This document shows, piece by piece, positions 29,402 to 36,731 of a DNA stretch of 64,000 bases. The notes below the pieces were generated by a model. The model saw only the letters and a list, made by a program, of their open reading frames with translations, ran no database searches and was not told the origin of the DNA. This DNA is from Candidatus Methanofastidiosum methylothiophilum. Its GTDB lineage: Archaea > Methanobacteriota_B > Thermococci > Methanofastidiosales > Methanofastidiosaceae. The first letter of the stretch is position 1. Each line of letters starts with the position of its first letter. The stretch spans positions 9,418 to 73,417 of the forward strand of contig LNJC01000002.1 in NCBI GenBank assembly GCA_001587575.1, read 5' to 3'. The position numbers were made by a program, and so were the translations under genes.

Positions 29402-30556
29402 ATGAGTCTGATATCAAGGATTTCTAGTTATCTTGATACGTTAAAGTATAGTGTAAATCCCAATAAATTAGAGGATAGTGGATACTTTCTTAGCACATAT
29501 CTAAAATTAAAGAAGGATTATGAAGAATTAATATCAATTAGGCGAAAAATAGAATTCTTAGGATATCAAAATCCATATTTTGTGATTAAGGGAATAAAAG
29601 ACGCTCAAGATCCATATTTTAGGAAAAGAGCAATGGAAAAGAAAATTTGCTTTGATAATATCCAGCATGCGATTGCAGCGCACAGAGTTGCCATAGGTCA
29701 GTTAATAGATGCCATGGGATTTGAAAAAGAAGGAGTAATATATACCGGGCACGAAGCAATAAAATTTATGGAAGAAGGTGGAGAGGGAAAATTCATTTTT
29801 AGTCCTGATGGCGTATATCGGTTAGAAATACTAAGATATCTTTCTTTTTCAGGAGAATATATGAAGACTCTTTTCTCTTTAAATAAAGAAGAGAGAGAAA
29901 ACTATAGAAAGATAATGGACATGCTCGGGGACAAATCAAAGAGCAAATCATCAACAAAAAAGAGAATTCCTCAAGAATATGGAATGATGGGACCAAAAGA
30001 ATACTCCCCATTCAAAAAAGATGCTTCTCAATATAAACGTGATTTTTATGATGAAACTATTGATCTGGGCAGACCTCCAATATATGATAAACACATACGA
30101 AAAGTTTTATCGATTGCATATGCTCCATTTGGAATTGATTCTATTCGTGAAGATATTGCCCTCTTCTACCTGAAAAAAACATATATGGAAAGAAAGATAT
30201 ACGGAGGACCTTTCCCAACAATTGATCCAGAACCAAACGAATCACTTTTAGGCAGATTCTATAAGACTGTCTTATTAAAAGAAGAAATGATGAATACTCT
30301 AAGAGACATGAATTTAAAAGAAAAGAATAGTTTAGTTGCAGCTATTTCTTATTATTTAGTTTCTGAAGATTATGATAAAACATTGCTATTTTTCTCAATA
30401 GATAATAATGAATTTGAATCGGCTTTGATAAGAGCAGGAAATTATGGAGTAATCCCCAAGGAGAGTAAGCATCTTCTTGAAAGAGTGGTGAAGAGTTCTG
30501 AGAAAAAAGACATAACAAAGAAATTTTTACAAGAACTAAAGGGGGCTCAAGATTGA
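29402..30556 (+). CDS. Hypothetical protein (384 aa), no recognisable domain
   Basis: Long ORF with protein-like composition. It is translationally coupled (4-nt overlap) to the downstream HTH-containing ORF. Confidence 0.4.
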   Translation: MSLISRISSYLDTLKYSVNPNKLEDSGYFLSTYLKLKKDYEELISIRRKIEFLGYQNPYFVIKGIKDAQDPYFRKRAMEKKICFDNIQHAIAAHRVAIGQLIDAMGFEKEGVIYTGHEAIKFMEEGGEGKFIFSPDGVYRLEILRYLSFSGEYMKTLFSLNKEERENYRKIMDMLGDKSKSKSSTKKRIPQEYGMMGPKEYSPFKKDASQYKRDFYDETIDLGRPPIYDKHIRKVLSIAYAPFGIDSIREDIALFYLKKTYMERKIYGGPFPTIDPEPNESLLGRFYKTVLLKEEMMNTLRDMNLKEKNSLVAAISYYLVSEDYDKTLLFFSIDNNEFESALIRAGNYGVIPKESKHLLERVVKSSEKKDITKKFLQELKGAQD

Positions 30557-30948
30557 AAAAGATAATTGCAAAGAATAAAAGAGATCTAATTAAAAAATTA
30601 AGGGCTGATCTCTCCAATAAAGATGAGAAAATTTATATTAATATGAGGCCATCAGTTGACATTATGGTTGAAGTTTTAGAACATGCGCCAAATGTGAAAT
30701 ATATTCTATGTCCAAAAAGTCTCTATTCTTTGACTTCTGTTAGAGTCAAAAAAGCATTGGAACGTGTTGGAGTACTCCTTGTTCCTTTTGGTGAGGGCGC
30801 AGGAAGGCCAAACAAATATGATGACGAAACTGTAAGTAAATTAAAAAAAATGTATGAATTGGGCGTTCCTGTAAAGGAGATTTCAAAAAGTTTAAAGATA
30901 CCTCTTAGGACAGTTTACTACATTGCAAATGAAGAAGAAATTAATTAG
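30553..30948 (+). CDS. Hypothetical protein with C-terminal helix-turn-helix-like segment
   Basis: 131 aa. The C-terminus (ETVSKLKKMYELGVPVKEISKSLKIPLRTVYYI) resembles small HTH DNA-binding domains. Confidence 0.4.
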   Translation: MKKIIAKNKRDLIKKLRADLSNKDEKIYINMRPSVDIMVEVLEHAPNVKYILCPKSLYSLTSVRVKKALERVGVLLVPFGEGAGRPNKYDDETVSKLKKMYELGVPVKEISKSLKIPLRTVYYIANEEEIN

Positions 30949-32007
30949 TTATTCTAAATATTTTGAGTAGACTGTATTCTCCTTTAAGAATACAAAATAT
31001 GTGTCATCGACTATATTTATTATTTTAAGTGGAATTTCATCTTTCTTGATTTCTTCTTTTTTTAGGATATCAAAGTAATAGTCAAGTTTTAGGGCATACT
31101 CTTTTCCAGTAAGGATATCCCATAAAATGGCATAATAATAGTTACCGTTTCTTTTAAACTGCTTAACCCAGTCACTCCCTTCTGAAAAATTTTTTCTTGT
31201 AAATGTACTTGCATTGCCTTCTGGAGAGTATATAAAAAAAACTGTGTCAAAGACGTACCAACCTTCATTTCCAGAATAACCAACTGCAATAACATCCTCA
31301 TTGATTAGTTCTAGACAAAGTCCACCATCTTCCCAGTTATCGTTGTCAAAATAATCCACCCAAATAAGTTCAAGATCCTTTGTTAATTTGCACACAAACA
31401 TATCAAAGTTTTTATCTTTTGACTCCCCAGCGATATAGAAATTACCTTCATAATCCTCTATGATTTGGTAAGGTCTTTCATAGGGGCCAATGTCTAGTAT
31501 TTTGCTTGAGATTATACTTCCATTACGGTCAATCTTTACAATAAAACTATCTGATTCTCTCTTGTATGTTGAGTACCCGACAACAGTAACTTCCTGATTA
31601 TCATTTACGGTAAAAGATGAAAAAGCATCCATATCGGAAAATTTAATTTTGACTTCCCATCTTTTACTGAGGCTTGATGTTAGTTTTATTAGATATTTAT
31701 CTCCATCTTTTGAAAGCCCTAATAAGTAAGTATTTGAAAAATTGTCATTTAATATATTTTGAATTTTGAAATCTTCAAGTATCTGCTCTCTTAAGAATTG
31801 GCCGTTATTAGATTTAATAACAAAAGAATTGTTGCTATCTTTAATATTACCTGCAAGATAAATACTGTTTATATGAGGATCAAAGGCTATATCTTTCAGA
31901 ATGTGATCTTCCTCTAAGCTATACAAAACAGCGTCTTCGGATGAAAGAGGGAAAAAATTTGAAAAGACTAGCATAAAAAAAATAAAAATAGAAATTATTT
32001 CTCTCAT
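30949..32007 (-). CDS. Secreted hypothetical protein (predicted N-terminal signal peptide; repetitive beta-rich composition)
   Basis: N-terminal MREIISIFIFFMLVFSNFFPLSSE. The protein is rich in Y/W/D/G/N, with repeated ...Y-x-G... segments suggesting a beta-propeller-like fold. Confidence 0.4.
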   Translation of the reverse strand: MREIISIFIFFMLVFSNFFPLSSEDAVLYSLEEDHILKDIAFDPHINSIYLAGNIKDSNNSFVIKSNNGQFLREQILEDFKIQNILNDNFSNTYLLGLSKDGDKYLIKLTSSLSKRWEVKIKFSDMDAFSSFTVNDNQEVTVVGYSTYKRESDSFIVKIDRNGSIISSKILDIGPYERPYQIIEDYEGNFYIAGESKDKNFDMFVCKLTKDLELIWVDYFDNDNWEDGGLCLELINEDVIAVGYSGNEGWYVFDTVFFIYSPEGNASTFTRKNFSEGSDWVKQFKRNGNYYYAILWDILTGKEYALKLDYYFDILKKEEIKKDEIPLKIINIVDDTYFVFLKENTVYSKYLE

Positions 32008-32045
32008 AGCAATATTTTAGTTTAAGACCTTAAAAATATGCGCTT

Positions 32046-32576
32046 TTAATTAGATTCTGTAGGATCAGTAACTTTGAAATCCTTATTTTTTAAATAATAA
32101 TCCATTAAATAACCAATTGCTATGAATAAAGGCACAGTAATAATGGCCCTTGCAAGGGTAAATTCTATCCCCAGATATCCAGTTTCAATTGTTAGCATCG
32201 GTATTTTGAGAGATGAAAAACATCCGAGAAATATGAATATATTTTTTACAGAAGCACCCTTTTTATAAAGTATGTAAACTATCGGGAAAGCTCCATAAAG
32301 AGGCCCCGCTTGAAACATTGAGAATATGACTGAGAGCAAAGTACCCTTTAAACCAGACTCGGGCCCCATATACTTTTCAAATTTCTTTTTAGGTATCCAT
32401 GCATCAAGTAAACCCACCAAAACAAAGACTATAGGTATAAACGAGATCATTTCAATAAACATATCTAAAAATGTCTTCGATGCCTTAATCCCAAATGCAA
32501 AGCTATAGATATATGAAAGAATTCCAAAAATAACGAAAAGTAAAATGAATCCATATTCTTTAATATATTTTTTCAC
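32046..32576 (-). CDS. Integral membrane protein, putative permease subunit (split COG0701/DUF318-like)
   Basis: 176 aa with ~5 predicted TM helices. It overlaps the upstream 160-aa membrane ORF by 4 nt. Confidence 0.35.
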   Translation of the reverse strand: MKKYIKEYGFILLFVIFGILSYIYSFAFGIKASKTFLDMFIEMISFIPIVFVLVGLLDAWIPKKKFEKYMGPESGLKGTLLSVIFSMFQAGPLYGAFPIVYILYKKGASVKNIFIFLGCFSSLKIPMLTIETGYLGIEFTLARAIITVPLFIAIGYLMDYYLKNKDFKVTDPTESN

Positions 32577-33055
32577 ATTATCGCCCCTATCAATAATCCT
32601 ATAATAATGGCAGCAAAGAAATTGAGTACATTTCTTATCAACGCAACCTTTTTTCCTAAATATTTACTTTCAAGAGGATAGGTCACAACGCCCACCATAA
32701 GTAAGGTTGTTATAAAAGTAGCAATCACCATATAAGAAGCCCCTCTCTTCAAGAGTTCTGAAGCTATAGGGTAAACTATAAATGCAGGTATCAATGTAAC
32801 TGAACCTATTATTGCCGAAAGACCCACACCAAAAAAACCAGAGTCCCCACCTAGGTATTGCTCAATCATTTCTGGCGGAACTAGAACTAAGATTATGCTT
32901 GCTATTATCATAATGTTAACAAAAGGAGAGGATAGGCCTTTGAATATTTTTATTCCTTTATTGACTCCCTGTTTTGTTTTTTCTTTATCAAAATAATAAG
33001 ATATGGAAACAATTGCAATACCTGCTATCCATAATAGAATTATATTTGGAAACAT
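32573..33055 (-). CDS. Integral membrane protein, putative permease subunit (partner of 32046..32576)
   Basis: 160 aa with ~5 TM helices. It is translationally coupled to the downstream membrane ORF. Confidence 0.35.
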   Translation of the reverse strand: MFPNIILLWIAGIAIVSISYYFDKEKTKQGVNKGIKIFKGLSSPFVNIMIIASIILVLVPPEMIEQYLGGDSGFFGVGLSAIIGSVTLIPAFIVYPIASELLKRGASYMVIATFITTLLMVGVVTYPLESKYLGKKVALIRNVLNFFAAIIIGLLIGAIM

Positions 33056-33139
33056 AAATGTAGGATGACAGTCTATTTCTTAAACTTATTGTTATGCTTA
33101 GAAATTTGATTAATGATTTTACTAAAATTATCAAAGAAA

Positions 33140-33440
33140 AAAATGCACAGTTTGTCGCTTCGAAGGAGTAGGTCTTTCATAGCCGGATGCCTCGACTTCT
33201 CGAAGCGGCTATTGTCTTTCGGTGTCCGATAGAGACATTTTTTCAATGTCAAGGACCGGGTACGTTCGAGCCTGACTCAAACACTTTCCGATAAGACTTA
33301 GCCATCCCGGAAATACCCTTGTCCAAGAGCCATGTATGCGGTGGAGCGTGATACTCAAATCCGCCTAAGCGGCTCAGATGCAAGGAATGAAAGACTTTGT
33401 TACCAGCGAAGTTTCGACCTGTGCAACATTATCTATTCAA
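33140..33440. ncRNA. Unidentified structured RNA (GC-rich island). Candidates are RNase P RNA, SRP 7S RNA or a long 5' leader; strand not determined.
   Basis: ~50% GC against a ~32% GC background, with no coding potential. A long-range closing helix joins 33171-33180 (GGTCTTTCAT) to 33387-33396 (ATGAAAGACT), with a local hairpin ATAGCCG...CGGCTAT (33179-33212) directly inside it. A CUUAUCGGAAAG-like segment reminiscent of RNase P P4 occurs on the minus strand, but the canonical GGAAAGUCCGG was not found. Confidence 0.45.
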
Positions 33441-33509
33441 TTTACTTTATTTAAAATTTTCTGTTATCAAATATTTAGAAAAAGATTTATTTTTTATAGA
33501 ATATATTTG

Positions 33510-34271
33510 TCATTTGAATCGTTCCCTGATACGGTAACCGGTGTTGTTAAACGATATGTTCTTTGCGAGTATCAATTCTTTTTCTTTCGTTATCTTTATA
33601 ATATCCTCAAGATCACGATATCTATGGGAGATATGAGTTAAGATAATTATAGTATTTTCTAATTCTTCTTTTAACTCAAGAACATCCTCAATATGAACAT
33701 GCATTCTTTCTTCAGCAATTTCTATTTCGTCTTCAAAGAAATATCTGCACTCAGTGATCAATACATTTGGCATCAATGAAATTATTTTTTGTCTATTTTT
33801 GTAATCTGAGCCTTCCCAGTCCCCCGTCACAAATATGCTTATTTCTGAATTTTTAATGTAATACCCAAAGTTTGGAACTGTATGTTTCAAAGGAACTGGA
33901 ACAACGGTAGTTCCATTAAAACGAAGCTCCTCTCCTTCTTTAATTGGAACTAATTTTCTCCTGGCCTTTGAATGGAAGTTAATCATCTTAGAATGAATAT
34001 CAAAAACATTTTCCACTTCGCCATACTCTTTTCTGTCATCATAGGGAGCATAGATTTTTATTGGATTCTCGGAAAGACTCAGAAAATCTGCTCCGCCTGC
34101 CATACATGACCTCACATGGTCAAAATGAAAATGAGTTAAAAGATATATTTTGTTCTCATTTTTTGCCCCGCAAGGACTATCAATTCTAAAATCTAACTTG
34201 TCAAGTTTAATGACTATAGAAGGGTGGTAAGGTGCATGTAACCTTACAGATCCTAAAAATTTTGAACTCAT
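33510..34271 (-). CDS. Metallo-beta-lactamase-fold hydrolase, RNase Z-like
   Basis: HxHxDH motif (LTHFHFDHV) and C-terminal ILTHISHRY resembling the RNase Z HxSxRY region. 253 aa. Confidence 0.5.
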   Translation of the reverse strand: MSSKFLGSVRLHAPYHPSIVIKLDKLDFRIDSPCGAKNENKIYLLTHFHFDHVRSCMAGGADFLSLSENPIKIYAPYDDRKEYGEVENVFDIHSKMINFHSKARRKLVPIKEGEELRFNGTTVVPVPLKHTVPNFGYYIKNSEISIFVTGDWEGSDYKNRQKIISLMPNVLITECRYFFEDEIEIAEERMHVHIEDVLELKEELENTIIILTHISHRYRDLEDIIKITKEKELILAKNISFNNTGYRIRERFK

Positions 34272-34281
34272 CTTATATCAT

Positions 34282-34653
34282 CTATGACAACTCTACAGGT
34301 ATTTTTGAGAATCTAATTCTCTGGTCTTCGTTCTTTAGCCATATGATAGGTTCGCCTTCTTTACTATCAATGTAGAATGTATATTTGTTATCTTTAATTT
34401 CGTCTGTTGTTATTTCAAGGCCTTCGTAAGCTTCCAAGGTTTTCTTGACTTCTTCACTTATGCTTTTTTCAACATAACAATCAAGAAATGAGATCTCATA
34501 AAAAACAGGATTGACCTTTTCCATGTATTCTTTTACTTCCCTGTTGTTGTTAAGATATCTTGTCAAAACTCTAACTTTTGTACTATTCTTAATAAAAGGC
34601 CTTATTCTCTTCATTAAATTAAAATCATTACATAAATTTATAAATCTTATCAC
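34282..34653 (-). CDS. Hypothetical protein (123 aa)
   Basis: ORF with no recognisable motif. Confidence 0.3.
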   Translation of the reverse strand: MIRFINLCNDFNLMKRIRPFIKNSTKVRVLTRYLNNNREVKEYMEKVNPVFYEISFLDCYVEKSISEEVKKTLEAYEGLEITTDEIKDNKYTFYIDSKEGEPIIWLKNEDQRIRFSKIPVELS

Positions 34654-34818
34654 TTGCCCTCAAAGGAATTTTTTACAGAAATCTTTTTAAGTATTTTAAA
34701 AATATGTAGGCTAATATTAAGTGATGAAAAATGGACGAAGACGATTTATTGGGTCATCGGTCAGAGCGTGGAAGATCTCTGGTCCATAAATTGGCATTTA
34801 AAAGGGGAGTGCATGTAA

Positions 34819-36078
34819 TTGAAAAAGAAAAAGACCTTTCCAATAAAGGTTTCCTCAAACAGGTTTGTAGCATGGCCCCCGAAAATAGACTTTTCTGATT
34901 TTTCTACCATAATTAAACAGAGTATGTTTGCTCTTATCATATGCGCTTTTGCTGATATTTTTGCAGGCATTTACCTTACAAAAATGATTGATATCTTGAT
35001 ATTGTTACCAGGTATATTGACTATGCTCCCGGCGGCGATTGATATGAGGGGGAATATCTATGCCTCAATGGGGTCAAGACTATCAACGGGCCTTCATACT
35101 GGTGAAATAACGCCGAGCCTCAGGGGTTCAAAATTAATTAAAGAAAACGTTTACTCTTCTCTTGTTCAGACTGTTATCATGGCTTCTGTAATAGCATTCT
35201 TTGCCATGATTGGGGGATTTATATTTGGGAATCAAACAATTGGATTTATACATCTTTTTTTTATTTCACTATTTGCCTCTCTTATTGCTGCAATAGGCCT
35301 CATCTTAACTACAATTTTTGTGGCCATAATATCTTTTAAAAAAGGACTTGATCCTGACAACGTATCTTCGCCATTGATTGCTTCCATAGGAGATATCTTA
35401 AATGTAGGGTCTCTTTTTGCAATTGGAATATTATCATTTTCTATAAGTAAAATTTTCATGTTATTTTCCAGCATTGGAATTAGTGCCCTCATAGTCTTTT
35501 TAGCTTTATTTTCTATAAGAAAGAGTTATTATGCAAGAAGAATACTAAAAGAGTCAATGGGATTTTTGGCTATTTGTGCTTTGTTGAGCACTCTTGCCGG
35601 TTCACTACTTGATAAGAATTTAGAGTTCATTGAGATATTTCCTTTACTGCTTGTGTTATCTCCCCTGTTTAATGCAGAGAATGGGAATATTGGCAGTATT
35701 CTCTCTGCAAGAATTTCTACTAGTTTCCATTTAGGACAATCAGAAATAACTTTCATACCTAAATTAAGAATGATTAAAGAATTTTCTTATACCTTTATCA
35801 TTACAATAATTCTATTCCCCCTACTTGCCATACTTGCATTTATTATGTCTGGCATTCTTAAAATACCCCAGATGGGGCTATTTACCCTTTTTGAAATAGC
35901 TATATTAGTAGCCATTATCTCATCAATTGCAGGAATGCTAACTTCATATTATCTAACATACTTTTCAATAAGAACTAACATTGACCCGGACAATGTGGTA
36001 ATACCTTTACTTACAAGTGTTATGGACATTGCAAGTGTAACTATATTGATATTTATTGCTTCAATTGTTCTTTTTTAA
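34819..36078 (+). CDS. Tandem MgtE-domain divalent-cation (Mg2+) transporter (SLC41-like architecture)
   Basis: Two homologous halves, each with MgtE-TM-like motifs (PGILTMLPAAIDMRGNIYASMGSRLST / FPLLLVLSPLFNAENGNIGSILSARIST; D-x-x-x-V...). It lacks the cytosolic MgtE N-domain and CBS domains. Confidence 0.55.
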   Translation: MKKKKTFPIKVSSNRFVAWPPKIDFSDFSTIIKQSMFALIICAFADIFAGIYLTKMIDILILLPGILTMLPAAIDMRGNIYASMGSRLSTGLHTGEITPSLRGSKLIKENVYSSLVQTVIMASVIAFFAMIGGFIFGNQTIGFIHLFFISLFASLIAAIGLILTTIFVAIISFKKGLDPDNVSSPLIASIGDILNVGSLFAIGILSFSISKIFMLFSSIGISALIVFLALFSIRKSYYARRILKESMGFLAICALLSTLAGSLLDKNLEFIEIFPLLLVLSPLFNAENGNIGSILSARISTSFHLGQSEITFIPKLRMIKEFSYTFIITIILFPLLAILAFIMSGILKIPQMGLFTLFEIAILVAIISSIAGMLTSYYLTYFSIRTNIDPDNVVIPLLTSVMDIASVTILIFIASIVLF

Positions 36079-36079
36079 T

Positions 36080-36685
36080 TCAAAAGATGTTCTTTATTCC
36101 AAGAATTATAAACTTGACTCCCCAAGAAAGCGTTACAAGTCCTAAAATTGTAGTTGCAACTTGAGTTGCAGTATCCCCTAATAATTTTTTTACTTTATTA
36201 GACATGAGAAATAATAATACTGTGATTAGAAGAACAATCCCTACTGCAATCCCCGTCAAAAATTTTCCATAGTCATTGCTTGCTATTATAATTGTAAAGA
36301 TTGTGGCAGGGCCTGTAATTAGAGGAGTTGCAATAATAGATGCTAAAGCTTTGGCAGAGTTATCTTTTTTGTCATGAGTATTTATTAGAGGCTCTCCTAG
36401 GACCATCTTTATCCCAAGAATTGTCAATATTATGCCTCCTGCAATCCTGAATTCATCCAAAGTTGTGCTAAATAGCTCTAACAATCGTTGACCCAAGAGG
36501 AGTACCATAAAACATAACAATACAGCAATTAGTATGGCCAGAATTCCAGTTTTTTGCCGCTCCTTTGGAACCATTGTAGAAGAAGTAGAGTAAAAAACGA
36601 GAAAACTTGCAAGAGGATCAATAACAACAAAAAATAGAATGATAAGCTGTAATAATGTTCCAAGCATAGACTTGCCTCTCGGCAT
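36080..36685 (-). CDS. MarC-family (UPF0056) integral membrane protein
   Basis: 201 aa, 6 TM, N-terminal LLQLIILFFVVIDPLASFLVF typical of the MarC family. Confidence 0.5.
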   Translation of the reverse strand: MPRGKSMLGTLLQLIILFFVVIDPLASFLVFYSTSSTMVPKERQKTGILAILIAVLLCFMVLLLGQRLLELFSTTLDEFRIAGGIILTILGIKMVLGEPLINTHDKKDNSAKALASIIATPLITGPATIFTIIIASNDYGKFLTGIAVGIVLLITVLLFLMSNKVKKLLGDTATQVATTILGLVTLSWGVKFIILGIKNIF

Positions 36686-36731
36686 GTCAATACCATACTA
36701 GTATAAATTGATTTCTATAGTTAAATTAAAA

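Noticed and set aside
33140-33440. Assigning the structured RNA specifically as RNase P RNA or SRP RNA
   Set aside because: The paired 5'/3' ends fit both. I could not locate the universal RNase P CR-I (GGAAAGUCCGG) / CR-V motifs or the SRP helix-8 GGAA tetraloop / AGCA symmetric-loop motifs on either strand. I report it as unidentified.
33378-33641. 87-aa ORF on the plus strand
   Set aside because: It lies inside the GC-rich structured RNA island and overlaps the start of the RNase Z-like gene on the opposite strand. Its composition is not protein-like.
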